Below are positions 38,393 through 51,513 of a stretch of 64,000 nt of DNA, piece after piece. The stretch is from the NCBI GenBank assembly GCA_038087875.1, contig CM075989.1, positions 1,364,001 through 1,428,000 on the forward strand, in the 5' to 3' direction. A program made the position numbers and the translations under genes. Origin of the DNA: Malacoraja senta (taxonomy: Eukaryota). The notes beneath the pieces were generated by a model. It ran no database searches. It saw only the letters and a list, made by a program, of their open reading frames with translations, and was not told the origin of the DNA. Positions within the stretch are counted from its first letter, which is position 1; each line of letters opens with the position of its first letter.

Positions 38393-39596
38393 GTGTCTGG
38401 ACTTTCAGAAGGCTTTCGACAAGGTCCCACATAAGAGATTAATATACAAACTTAAAGCACACGGTATTGGGGGTTCAGTATTGATGTGGATAGAGAACTG
38501 GCTGGCAGACAGGAAGCAAAGAGTAGGAGTAAACGGGTCCTTTTCAGAATGGCAGGCATTGACTAGTGGGGTACCGCAAGGCTCAGTGCTGGGACCCCAG
38601 TTATTTACAATATATATTAATGATTTGGACGAGGGAATTGAATGCAACATCTCCAAGTTTGCGGATGGCACGATGCTGGGGGGCAGTGTTAGCTGTGAGG
38701 AGGGTGCTAGGAGGCTGCAAGATGACCTGGATAGGCTGGGTGAGTGGGCAAATGCATGGCAGATGCAGTATAATGTGGATAAATGTGAGGCTATCCACTT
38801 TGGTGGCAAAAACTGGAAAGTAGACTATTACCTGAATGGTGGCCGATTAGGAAAAGGGGAGATGCGACGAGACCTGGGTGTCATGGTACACCAGTCATTG
38901 AAAGTAGGCATGCAGGTGCAGCAGGCAGTGAAGAAAGCGAATGGTATGTTAGCATTCATAGCAAAAGGATTTGAGTATAGGAGCAGGGAGGTTCTACTGC
39001 AGTTGTACAGGGTCTTGGTGAGACCACACCTGGAGTATTGCGTGCAGTTTTGGTCTCATAATCTGAGGAAGGACATTCTTGCCATAGAGGGAGTACAGAG
39101 AAGGTTCACCAGACTGATTCCTGGGATGTCAGGACTTTCATATGAAGAAAGATTGGATAGACTCGGCTTGTACTCGCTAGAATTTAGAAGATTGAGGGGG
39201 GATCTTATAGAAACTTACAAAATTCTTAAGGGGCTGGACAGGCTAGATGCAGGAAGATTGTTCCCGATGTTGGGGAAGTCCAGAACAAGGGGTCACAGTT
39301 TAAAGATAAAGGGGAAATCTTTTAGGACTGAGATGAGAAAACCTTTTTTACACAGAGAGTGGTGAATCTCTGGAATTCCCTGCCACAGAATGTAGTTGAG
39401 GCCAGTTAATTGGCTATTTTTAAGAGGGAGTTAGATGTGGCCCTTGTGGCTAAAGGGATCAGGGGGTATGGAGAGAAAGCAGGTACAGGACACTGAGTTG
39501 GATGATCATGCATGATCATATTGAATGGCGGTGCAGGCTCGAAGGGCCGAATGGCCTTCTCCTGCACCTATTTTCTATGTTTCTATGTTTCTATGT
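38393..39596 (+). mobile_element. CR1 LINE, 5'-truncated RT
   Basis: LDFQKAFDKVPH, GVPQGSVLGP, FADG (mutated FADD); tail. Confidence 0.97.
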
Positions 39597-40532
39597 TATG
39601 CTCATACCACATTGAGCTTAACTTGCTCCCAATGTCATTAAGATTTATCTCATCAAAAGATCTGAGGTCTTCCTCAGCATGATCACACCCTCAATGTCTC
39701 ACGTCAAGGTCAGGCAGTTAAATATGTTTCTCATTGTTCATTGTCGGCATATACATGAACATCTCAAAGAGAAGACCATCTTAATGGTGATGCAAAGAAC
39801 AACATGTTGGTGGAAAATCAGTGGGTCAGGCAGCATCTATGGACGACATGGACAGGCAATGTTTCTTCAGTCTGAAGAAGTGTCCCAACCCAAAACATTA
39901 TCTGTCCATTCCCTTCTTAGATGCTGCCTGATCCACTGAGTTACTCCACCATTTTGTGTTTTTAGTTGAAGACCATCTTAACCTGTTTCCTGACATCCAC
40001 CAGAATAGCACTCAATTAGAATCCATTGATGAAATGTGGCCAGCAAATTATGTTTCTCTTGGGTGGAATGGATAATAAAAAAATTGCTGGAGGACTGAAG
40101 AAGGTCTCACCGCAAAGCATCTATTCTTTTACCCCACCGATGATGCTCAGCCCAATGAGTTTCTTCAGCATTTTTTTTATTTGGTTCCAGACTACAGTAT
40201 TTCCAGTCTAATTTCAATGGATTGGTTCTTTGTTTTCATTATCACCCAAGAAAACAATTTCCAGAGAGATACAAGGGGCTGCAGGCTGTAATATTGAGCA
40301 AAGTACAAAGTGCCGGAGGAACTCTGTAGGTCAGGCAGCATCTGTGCAGGGAATGGAGGGATTTCCCTCACAGATCTGAATGACCATTGAGTTCCTCCAG
40401 CAGTTTGTGCTTTGCTACAATGATTTATATTATGTCATTTAATTTTCCTTATCCTTCCCTGTAACCACAATCAATTAATCTCATGCATTCTCTTGAATCC
40501 TTGAAAACTCTTGCCTTCAATCATGTTATGAT

Positions 40533-40857
40533 TAGTTTAGTTTGGTTTAATTTAGAGATACTGCATGGAAACAGGCCCTTCTGCCCAATGAATCCATGCT
40601 GGCCATTGGTCCTCTATTCACATTAGTTCAAAGTTGTCCCACTTTCTCATTCACTCCCTACACACTAGGAACAATTTTATAGAGGCCAATTAACCTACAA
40701 ACCTACATGTCTTTGGGATGTAGGAAGAAACCGGAGCACCTGGAGGAAACCCACGCAGCACAGGAAGAACATGCAAACTCTAAAGAGACAGCACCTGAGG
40801 TCAGGATCGAATCTTGGTCTCTGGCGCTCTACCAGCTGTGCCATTGTACCACAACAT
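40533..40857 (-). mobile_element. HE1-like SINE
   Basis: Antisense full copy. Confidence 0.82.
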
Positions 40858-41331
40858 TGCCCCAGTATTCCCAATTTAATCCTGGTTACTGACAAATCTT
40901 TGTTTATTTCACCCAATCTTAGAGTCCTTTGTAAAACCAACCTTACTTTTCTGGAAATAAAAATACAAAGTGCTGGAGTAATTCAGTGGGTTCAGTGGGT
41001 CAAATAGGTTATGTATTGTGTTGGGAAAGTCACCTATCCATGTTCTCCAGGGATGCTGCCTGACCCACTGAGTTACTCCAGCACTATGTGTCTTACTTTT
41101 CTGCAGTCAGTTTTATTCTTCCAAATGCGATAGACATAACTTAAAAATGTTCTGTTTTATTTCAACTGAAACTTTCTCTCTTTTTACATTTGACAGCATC
41201 CACTTGGTATGACACTACTCATTAAAAATAAATGATTTACCTTTTAAACTTTCACAGGTGCTTGACCAACAGCTCCATATCAATTTATGCCACCAGTTTA
41301 CTGTTCTGAAATATATCATACTCAAATTTGA

Positions 41332-41543
41332 AAGACACAAAAAGCTGGAGTAACTCAGACGGTCAGACTGCATCTCTGGAGAAAAGGAATAGGTGACGTT
41401 TTGGGTGGAGACCGTTCTTCAGACTTCTCGACCCGAAACGTCACCTACTCCTTTTCTCCAGAGATGCAGTCTGACCGTCTGAGTTACTCCAGCTTTTTGT
41501 GTCTGGCTTTGGTTTAAACCAGCATCTGCAGTTCCTTCCTACA
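41332..41543 (+). mobile_element. Palindromic Penelope mini-element
   Basis: About 75-bp near-perfect arms; TSD CATACTCAAA(T/C)TTGA at 41317-41331 and 41544-41558. Confidence 0.82.
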
Positions 41544-42224
41544 CATACTCAAACTTGATGTGTTTTTACTGTTTGTTTCTAAAGATGAATGAAAGCTGAC
41601 TTTTCAAGATTCAAAGTTGTGGTGCAAATTGAAACCTTGCTGTGAAATTTACCATCTGTAAATGTTTTTATATAAAGCCTTGTTCCTCTTGTCATAATTA
41701 TGTAGTTACTCCATCATTTCTGCAGCAGCTTTGTGACACCGTGAATCCTCATATGTTCCCCAACGTCGATAACCTCTGCTTAATAGAAAAGAAAACCTGT
41801 GATAAGATTCCATATATTAATTTGACGATTTGTTTTCTATTGTGCAAAAGTATATGACCGTACAAAACCATTTACATTTTAACAATTTTCAAAACACGTT
41901 CGGCTTCATTAATGCTGGAGTTGTTTTGTTGTGAAGATTGTAATGGACATGATCTGACAGTGGAGCAAGTTTAACAACTGTAAAACACAAAGTGCTGGAG
42001 TAACACAGCGGGTCAGGCAGCATTGGTGGAGGGAAGGGGCAGTTCAGTGAGAAGAAAGGTTGCCTGTCCATTCCCTCCACAGATGCTGTCCGACCCATTG
42101 AGTTCCCCCAGCATGTGTGTTTTGCTCAGTACTCCAGCATTTGCACTTTCATGTTCAGAACTGGTTGAAAGGGCCAACTGATCCAATTTGAAAGATTGAC
42201 ATGGCACCATATACCATCTGTAGG

Positions 42225-42540
42225 TGGTGCAGCGGTAGAGTTGCTGCCTCACAGTGCCAGACACCCGGGTTCCATCCTGACTACGATGCTGTCTGCACGG
42301 AGTTTGTACGTTCTCCCCGTGACCTGCGTGGGTTTTCTTCGGGTGCTCCGGTTTCTACTGACACTTCAAAGACATACAGGGTTGTAGGCCAATTGGCTTT
42401 GTTCAAATTGTCCCTAGTGTGTATAGGATAATGTCAGTGTATGGGGATAGCTGGTTGGCTAGAACTCGGAGGGTCAAAGAGCCTGTTCCCACGCTGTATC
42501 TCTAAACTAAACTAAATAAACTAAACTAAACCAAACCTAA
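42225..42540 (+). mobile_element. HE1-like SINE
   Basis: Head, core and tail. Confidence 0.86.
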
Positions 42541-42911
42541 GGACTGTGGATCTGGAAATCTGAAATAGCGAGGGAGAATGCCGCAGTTTAGGTAACATCT
42601 GTGGAGGAGGAACTAGAGAATTCAATAGTTGCCGTCTAGAGACAGGAAAGAAGATGTAGAAGGAAGGCCCAAAGGCAAAGAATCATTAACTGCGAGCAGA
42701 GGCTGAGAATACTCAACTGCAATATTGATGACTCCTCCACACCCATCTCCTGCCATTTGTCTCTTTATCATCCTCTTTTGCCTTTGATTCTCATCTGTCA
42801 TACAATCACTCCCCCATTCCCTTCGCCCCACAGACACTTCATTTTCCTCTGCATTTCATTCCATCAACCATTCTTCAGCCCACCTGCCCAACTGATAAAG
42901 ATCCTGTTTCA

Positions 42912-43279
42912 GAAGGAACTGCAGATGCTGGAAAATCAAAGGTAGACAAAAGTGCTGGAGAAACTCAGCGGGTGCGGCAGCATCTATGGAGCGGAGGAAA
43001 TAGGCAACGTTTTGGGCTGAAACCCTTCTTCAGACTGATGTAGGGTGGGAGGGGGGGCAGGAAGAAGAAAGGAAGAGGAGGAACCAGAGGGCTGAGGGAG
43101 AGCTGAGAAAGGGAGGAGAGAGTGAGGGCTACCGGAAATTGGAGAAGTCAATGTTCATGCCGCTGGTGTATAAACTGCCCAGGCGAAATATGAGGTGCTG
43201 CTCCTCCAATTTCCGGTGATCCTCACTCTGGCCATGGAGGAGGCCCAGGACAGAAAGGTCAGTTCAGAAAGGTCGGTTC
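42912..43279 (-). mobile_element. Penelope 3' fragment (endonuclease C-terminus plus hammerhead-bearing end) with 15-bp TSD
   Basis: Minus strand encodes DLSVLGLLHGQSEDHRKLEEQHLIFRLG. TSD AAAGATCCTG(T/A)TTCA at 42897-42911 and 43280-43294. Confidence 0.85.
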
Positions 43280-43559
43280 AAAGATCCTGATTCAATTTTT
43301 AACAATCATCTTCATTGTCTACAACACCATCCACTTTGGTGTCATCTGCAAACTTGTTGTATGTTGAATCCTCTCCCATTTCCTAAAAGGCTGATTGCAT
43401 TCGCTCTTTTCCTGGGAAAGATTTGAATGTGGCAACCTGCCCTGGTGTAGGTTTGGTGGGGGAATGACTCCTTGCCTGCATGAGTTTTAAATCAAGGGAT
43501 TGGTTATGCAAAAACAACCTTCTGTAGAGTTCCAGATATGCACTGGCTCTCTCTTCCAT

Positions 43560-43982
43560 ATCCATTGGAATTTAGAATGATGAGAGGGGATCTTATAGAG
43601 ACATATACAATTCTTAAAGGATTGGACAGGTTAGATGCAGGAAAAATGTTCCCGATGTTGGGCGAGTCCAGAACCAGGGGTCACAGTTTAAGTATAAGGG
43701 GTAGGCCATTTAGGACTGAGATGAGGAAAAGCTTTTTCAACCAGAGAGTTGTGAATCTGTGGAATTATCTGCCACAGAAGGCAGTGGAGGCCAATTCACT
43801 GGATGTATTCAAGAGAGTTAGATATAGATCTTGGGGCTAACAGAATCAAGGGATATGGGGAGAAAGCAGGAACAGGGTACTGATTCTGGATGATCAGCCA
43901 TGATCCTATTGAATGGCGGTGCTGGCTCGAAGGGCTGAATGGCCTACTGCTGCACCTAATTTCTATATTTCTATGTTTCTAT
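43560..43982 (+). mobile_element. CR1 3' fragment
   Basis: LEFRMMRGDLIETY...QRVVNLWN; tail. Confidence 0.92.
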
Positions 43983-44254
43983 TTACAGAGGGTATTCTCA
44001 CCATTGCTTGATGGAATATAAGGCGGAAAATCCAGCCCTTTGATTATGTTTTAGTTTAATGAAAATATCACCTACCAAAGAGTTGATAGCCTGATTAGCG
44101 CATATCTAGTTGGAGTAGATTGTACACTCAAACCCTCAACATTATATATCTTATAAAGTATAGTATAACCAACAGTCCCTGGGAGTTTTACAATGTTGAT
44201 ATTGTATTACAATTTGTTTACAATTGCTCCAAACGCATGGAATTTACAATGACT

Positions 44255-44520
44255 GCTTCACGCTGCATCGGAAAAGCTGCCCTCATTATCAAAGATGCCC
44301 CACTACAGTCATTCTTTCTTCTCCCCACTCCCGTCAGGTAGAAGGTATGGAAGCAAGAAAGTGCACAGTACCAGACTGAGGCTCAGCTTCCTCCCCTCTG
44401 TGATCAGGCTTCTGAACAGTCCTTCCATGAGCTGGGGGTACTGTCTGATTCACCTTTGCCCCATTGCAGACATTGGACGTTGTCTATGGAACTGATGCAC
44501 TACCACACTGAGAACTATAA
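44255..44520 (+). mobile_element. Rex/Babar LINE 3' fragment
   Basis: HSFFSPLPSGRRYGSKKVHSTRLRLSFLPSVIRLLN. Confidence 0.8.
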
Positions 44521-45629
44521 TGAGTTGAGTTTGAATTATAGTCACGTGTACTGTACAGTGAAAAGCCTTTGTTGTGTGCTAACCAGACAGTGGAAAGACA
44601 ATACATGATTACAATCGAGCCATTCATAGTGTACAGATTCAAAGAGTGGGGCGATTGTAATGCGTGATTGCAGATCCACTTCTGTGGCTAGCACACAGAG
44701 TCCCCTGGGCTGGGTCCATCCGTCTATTCTGCTCTCTGTACCTTTGCTCTACCTAATGTCCTTGAGTTTATTTAGCTTGATCTTACTTATGTATAATATT
44801 CTCTGAACTGATTGAACAGCATGCAAAACAGAACTTTTCCCTGTACCTCGGTACACATGTACCTCGGGATGCTAAACCTAGAGCACCCCTGATCCTTGCA
44901 CAGTCTAAAGATGGAGCTGTGTATTAGCGAGCTCCACAACACAAGCAGAGAACAGGGAGCAAAAGCACAAACATCTTATGCAGCATTCCAATGGCTGAAT
45001 GTTATTCTTTACTTTCTAAATTAAGAAGGATTCGCTTCATGGAAATTATTCATGCTGCCAAATTAAACTCTACTGGATCTGGTTCTTTGTCAGTGCGGGT
45101 CCCTCAGTTACGCCCTATCAATCTTTCTTGACGCCAGAGCCATTACTCTCTGCACCTGCACAAGCTCTGAACATCTCCGCAACAAACACATTGTGTAATA
45201 TTCTGCAACGACTGTGCTGCTCAGGGACCTCACATCCATTTTGTTCAACTACTTTTATACAATCACCAAAAATAGGTTTTGTTACTGTTGCAGCAATGCC
45301 AGCAATTGCACAGAGTTTTAATCTACTGTAGTGTGGTGGGCCAGCCAATGTGTTGTGTTGTGTGCTGCAGAACATTGCAGTTGTAATGCCCCAGTGTCTG
45401 TCAGATGGGATAGATCTGAAGCCTTGATTTGTGACCCATAAAGACATTTCTCTACATGTGGATGTAGGATTGGCTATGATGTAATGGGGGTGTTTTGGGG
45501 AATGAGTGTGTTATCAGTGATGCTACACTATACAGTATTTGTCACATATGCAACTGCACAGTGAAATTGTTGGTGCCATTATCCAAAGCCCAATGTCCGG
45601 TCAGCCCACACACTCAATGGACTTGGATA

Positions 45630-46196
45630 ACCATATAACCATTAGAGCACGGAAACAGGCCATCTCGGCCCTTCAAGTCCGTGCCGAACTTTGTTGTTGT
45701 TGTTGTTGTAAATAAATACTTCCCCCTAGTCCCATCTACCTGCACTCAGACCATAACCCTCCATTCCTTTCCCGTCCATATACCCATCCAATCTATTTTT
45801 AAAGGATAAAATCGAACCAGCCTCCACCACTTCCACTGGAAGCTCATTCCACACAGCTACCACTCTCTGAGTAAAGAAGTTCCCCCTAATGTTACCCCTA
45901 AACTTCTGTCCCTTAATTCTCAAGTCATGTCCCCTTGTTTGAATCTTCCCTACTCTCAATGGAAAAAGCTTATCCACGTCAACTCTGTCTAACCCGCTCA
46001 TAATTTTAAAGACCTCTATCAAGTCCCCTCTTAACCTGCGCTCCAAAGAATAAAGACCTAACTTGTTCAACCTTTCTCTGTAACTTAGTTGCTGAAACCC
46101 AGGCAACATTCTAGTAAATCTCCTCTGTACTCTCTCTATTTTGTTGACATCCTTCCTATAATTAGGCGACCAAAATTGTACTCCATACTCCAGAAT
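45630..46196 (-). mobile_element. CR1 3' fragment, different subfamily
   Basis: [33 protein letters not shown]. Confidence 0.92.
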
Positions 46197-47086
46197 AGTT
46201 CCCGTGAACCGACGTCCCTCTCCTCTCCTCGCCCGTGTGTTCTGGGGGCGCCTCCTGCAGCCGACCTGAAGGTGCTGGAGGCATGACCCTGGTTCACCCA
46301 CCTGCCTGCCCACTCCTAGTGCCCGACATCTCCAGCTCCCTTCCAGTACCACCAACCACTGAGCCATTGGGCGGGTTCCAAGTCCCACTGACCAACAAAC
46401 CTTTGAAGGGTTGTAAGAAAGGGTAGACTGGAGGAATGGAGGGGACAGGTTCAGTAATCTAGAGGTACAGAGTGACGGGGTGGGTGGACTAGGGCATCAG
46501 GTGCCAGGGATTGATGAGCATCTATGGGTAGAGAAACTGGGCAAGGCTGAGGCCTGGACATTGACATTAGATCAGGCCAGGAGATCAGTGGGCGGTCTGG
46601 GCAGTGAGGGACAGCCACCAAGTCAGGTAAGTGTTTAACATGAAGTCCGATGAGAATTGGGTTCCCATTATTGGACACTACCAGCTGGGGAGGTTCCCTT
46701 AATTAATAATGGTCGGCACAAGAAGCAGACTGAGTCCAGTTGCTGCTTCAATGCACCAGGTTCAATCCCCAGCTCTGGAGCTGTGTGGAGCATGTATGTT
46801 TCCCTATGACCCATAGTTACCAACAGGTGCACTAAAACCGCCCACATGCAAAGTACATGCAGGCTGGTAGGATAGTCGTTCCCAATAAATTGCCTCTAAG
46901 TGTGTAGATAAGTGATAGACTAAGGGATTTGTGGAGGGAGGTGGGGGTTGTTGAAGTTGATAGGGGGTCATCAATTTGGATGTGTAGGAATGTAGTAGAT
47001 GGGTGATTGATGGTCAGCACAAGTTGTCCAACAGACCTTTTTCTGAGTTGTGTGAATTATATGAGGCAATGCTCACAGGCATTCTT

Positions 47087-47357
47087 TTAGTTTACTTTAG
47101 AGATATAGCACGAACCTGGCCCTTCGACCCAGCCAGTGATCCCCGAACACTAGCAGTATCCTGCACACTAGAGACAATTTACAATTTTTTTACTGAAGCA
47201 AAATTAACCTACAAACCTGAAAGTGGAGCACCCAGTAAAAACCCACGCAGTCACAGAGAGAATGTACAAACTCCATACAGACAAGCACCCGTTGTCAGGA
47301 TCGAACCCGTGTCTCTGGTGCTCTGAGGCAGTAACTCTACCATTGTGCCACCGTGCT
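47087..47357 (-). mobile_element. HE1-like SINE
   Basis: Antisense copy; an older sense copy lies at about 46740-47060. Confidence 0.8.
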
Positions 47358-47536
47358 GCATTTTGAGGGCTGTTTCTGCACAAGTTGCCCTTGAGACTCA
47401 GTGCCATCCTGTGCATCAACCATGATTACCAAGGCAACTTCTAGACGGGCTTTGGACACCACAGAACTACATTGTGAACAATGTGTCACAGATACAGACT
47501 GCAAAAAGACTTGGTGAAACTTGCCCCATAGTCTTA

Positions 47537-48115
47537 AGGGCCTGTCCCACTTAGGCGATTTTTTCGGCGACAGCTGGAAAATAGTCTGTCGCCACATGGT
47601 TGCGGGGTGACGCCTGTATTGTCGTAAGTTGTCTCCTCAAGTGTCGTAAGTTATTTCTTGTCGCCGCTGGATTTTGAAATGTTCAAAACCTTTCGGTGAC
47701 AGTGGGCTTGACGTTGCCTGTCTTCTCCTGTCGTAGGTTGTCGCCAGGATAACGCCAGGTAACGTTGGTTGTCGCCTCGGTGAATTCCATTGGCGACAAC
47801 GTATGTCATCCTACGTCAACCTACGTCAACCGGCGACAGGTACCGACGACTGAATTGTCTTCAGTTGTTTTCAGTTGTCACCGACAGGGTCGTAGCTTAT
47901 CGTATCTTGTCGCGGGTGGACGTCAGGTGACTTTGGTTGTCGTAGGTTGTCGCCTGTGTGGTCGAAGGTTGTCATAGGTGTGGTCGTAGGTGGATGTCCC
48001 AAGTCGCAAGGAATTGTGTCGCTGGTTGACGTAGCTGGTCGTAGCTTGACGTCGACTAGGTGGTAGCTTGTCGTAGGGTGGGTCTAGAAGCCGGTTTTGC
48101 GGCATTCCGCGATGA
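47537..48115. mobile_element. Harbinger-type MITE, right end lost at CR1 junction
   Basis: TTA followed by AGGGCCTGTCCCACTTA; CpG-rich interior with many GTCGCC/GTCGTAG motifs; no matching TIR seen. Confidence 0.75.
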
Positions 48116-49426
48116 CTCAGGGAGGTGGCTCTAGAAATAGTGGATGTATTGGTGATCATTTTCCAATCTTCAATAGATTCAGGATCAGTTCCTGTGGATT
48201 GGAGGATAGCTAATGTTATCCCACTTTTCAAGAAAGGAGCGAGAGAGAAAACAGGGAATTTCAGACCAGTTAGCCTGACTTTGGTGGTGGGAAAGATGCT
48301 GGAGTCAATTATTAAAGAGGTAATAATGGGGCATTTGGATAGCAGTAAAAGGATTAGTCCAAGTCAACATAGATTTATGAAAGGGAAATCATGCTTGACT
48401 AATCTTCTGGAATTTTTTGAGGATGTGACAAGTAAAATGGATGAAGGGGAGCCAGTGGATGTAGTGTATCTAGACTTTCAGAAAGCCTTTGATAAGGTCC
48501 CGCACGGGAGACTGGTGACTAAAATTGGAGCACATGGTATTGGGGGTAGGGTATTGACGTGGATAGAAAATTGGTTGGCAGACAGGAAGCAAAGAGTAGG
48601 AGTGAACGGGTCCTTTTCAGAATGGCAGGCAGTGGCGAGTGTGGGGGCCGCAACTGTTTACCATATATATTAATGATTTGGAAGAGGGAATTCGGAGCAA
48701 CACTAGCAAGTTTGTAGATGACACAAAGCTGGGTGGCAGTGTGAACTGTGAAGAGGATGTTAGGAAGCTGCAGGGTAACCTGGACAGGTTGAGTGAGTGG
48801 GCAGATGCGTGGCAGATGCAGTATAATATAGATAAATGTGAGGTTATCCACTTTGGCAGCAAAAACAAGGGGGAAGATTATTATCTCAATGGGGTTAGGT
48901 TAGGTAAGGGGGAGGTACAGCGAGACCTGGGTGTCTAAGTACACCAGTCACTGAAAGTTACAGTGCATGTACAGCAGGCAGTGAAGAAAACAAATGGAAT
49001 GTTGGCCTTCATAACAAGAGGATTTCAGTATAGGTGTAAAGAGGTTCTTCTGCAGTTGTATAGGGCTCTGGTAAGACAACATCTGGAGACAGTTTTGGTA
49101 TCCTAATTTGAGGAAGGACATCCTTGTGATTGAGGCAGTACAGCGTAGGTTCACGAGAATGATCCCTGGGATGGCGGAATGTCATATGAGAAAAGATTGA
49201 AAAGACTAGGCTTGTATTCACTGGAGTTTAGAAAGATGAGGGAGGATCTTATAGAAAAATATAACATAAAAGGACTGGACAAGCTAGATGCAGGAAAAAA
49301 TGTTCCCAATGTTGGGCGAGTCCAGAACCAGGGGCCACAGTCTTAGAATAGAGACCCTCTATTCTAAGACTGTTCTTGCTTCACCCTCTCATGAACGTGC
49401 TGCCAGAGAGTTAGATAGAGCTCTAG
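48116..49426 (+). mobile_element. CR1 LINE with rearranged 3' end
   Basis: DWRIANVIPLFKKG...FRPVSLT...KAFDKVPH; internal deletion of VPQGS; normal tail absent. Confidence 0.95.
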
Positions 49427-50869
49427 TTTTGCATACACCCTGGTAAAATCATGCAGCGGTCCTCACCTGGGCAGTCACAAGAGTTGCCACGTTTCACAAA
49501 GTTACAAAAGTTCATTGCGATGGCAAGATCTGTGATGGGACATGTTGGACAGTATGGGCAAGTTGGGCCAAAGAGCCTGTTTCCATGCTGAAAGACCCTA
49601 TGACTCTATGACACAAAGTGCTGGAGTAACTCAACAGGTTAGGCAGCAGCTCTAAAGGACATGGATAGGTGACAGTTCGAGCCAAGACCCTTCTTCAGAC
49701 TGCAACTATTATTAGGCAGCTGAGGGAGAGTGGGCCAACCAATCATTAGGACAAAAACAAAATCGTAAAGAGTTTACATTTCTAAACAAAAAGGGGCAAT
49801 AGTGGTCCAACATCCCCACTGCCATGGCCTCCTTAACACAAGCCAGTTGTTCTTTCCAACTTGCTGCTGAGATCAAAATGGAAATGTCCAGCTTGTCAGG
49901 CAGTAGCTGTGGAGAGAGAAACAGATGAACTGTTACTGATGTGAAACATTGACATTGTTTGCCTTTCCACCAATGCTATCGGACTATTTTCAGCAATTTC
50001 AGTTTTGATTTCAACTTGCGGCATCTACGTTTCTGTCTTCCATTTCAACCTTTGAGTCATTTCTTTGTTGTTTTCCCTGTCTCCCTGACCAGAGTTAACG
50101 ATGGACTAGATATTCTGAATGGACGATATCGCTGGAACTCATGTTTCAAGCAGTGGGTGGGTTTCTAGCCTGGTGAATAAATGGCCTGCAGTTGGATTCA
50201 GGGCAGTTCCCACATTCCTTCTGATTATCAGGGGCTGCCGTTTATTAAATCTAATTTAAAGTGATGATAAGGAGAGGTGAAGTAAGCTTTATCTCCATTC
50301 AGCTCACCCTCTCATGACCACATCCCCATCTCCATCGACCTTCTAGGTATTAATCATTCTTCAAGACCTAAGTGTTAAGTTCCCAGTTCACATCAGTTCC
50401 CAGCTCTCCTCTCACCTATTTACAGTACATGCACTTGTCATCCTGTCTTGAAAGAATGCTCACCTTTATCTTTTCTAATCCGCTGAGTATCACATACACT
50501 CTGTATTTCTCGCTGATTCATCACCTTTGAAGACTGAAACATTCAACATTTTATTTATCCTGCACTCTACACTGCGACATTAACAGCTTCCTGCTGTTGT
50601 CTACCTGTACGCGGAGGCTTCTCTGGGCTTTGTTTGGATGCACAAAAATGTAAGTGTAGGTTTAGGTTTAATATTGTCACGTTTAGTTTTGTAGTTTAGT
50701 TTTAGAGGTACAACCAAGGTTATGGAGGGAGCAGTCTCTGGGGAAGGTGGAAGGGGGTGGGGGTGGGATCACGTTGGAGATGGTGGAAATGTTGGAGAAT
50801 GATGTGTTGGATGCGGAGGCTGGTGGGTGAAAGGTGAGGACCAGGGGAACTCTATCCTTGATCCATCTG

Positions 50870-51210
50870 ATGGCCTTGTCGAGGTTTATAAAATCATGAG
50901 GGGCATCGATAAGGTGGGTTGTCACTGTTTGGTTCTCAGGGTAAGAGTGTCTATAACTAGCGGGCATGGGATTAATTTGAGAGGTGAAAGATTTAAAGGG
51001 GACCTGATATGCAGACATTTCACAGAGAATGGTGGATATATCGAACATGCTGCCAGAGGAAGGGGTAGGTGCTGGTAAAATTACAACATTTAGAAGACAT
51101 TTGGACAGGTACGTGGATAAGAATGGTTTAAGGGGATATGGGCCAAATGCAGGCAAATTGGACTCATTGAGGTAAACGCCTTCATCTGCATAGACAAGGT
51201 GGGCCTTGTG
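50870..51210 (+). mobile_element. Old CR1 3' fragment
   Basis: LVEVYKIMRGIDKV...GERFKGDL. Confidence 0.75.
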
Positions 51211-51287
51211 ACTTTATATTCTAAATTAAATAAAAGTGTAATATATCATTAACAACGATTGGATTATTGTTAACAATCTCATCTGCC

Positions 51288-51513
51288 TAGACACAAAAAG
51301 CTGGAGTAACTCAGCAGAACAGGCAGCATCTCTGGAATTAAACTTGACTTGACACGGAGAGAAGGAATGGCTGACGTTTCGGGTTGAGACCCTTCTTCAG
51401 TCCCGAAATGTCACCCATTCTTTCTATCCAGAGATGCTGCCTGTCCCGCTGAGTTACTCCACCATTTCATGTCTATCTCGGTGTAAACCAGCATCTGCAG
51501 TTCCTTCCTACAC
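51288..51513 (+). mobile_element. Palindromic Penelope mini-element
   Basis: Same arm sequence (GCTGGAGTAACTCAGC...GAGTTACTCC) and the GCATCTGCAGTTCCTTCCTACAC end. Confidence 0.75.

Noticed and set aside
41197..41206. 10-nt exon-like segment after a strong pyrimidine tract
   Set aside because: Not frame-preserving and no supporting neighbouring exons.
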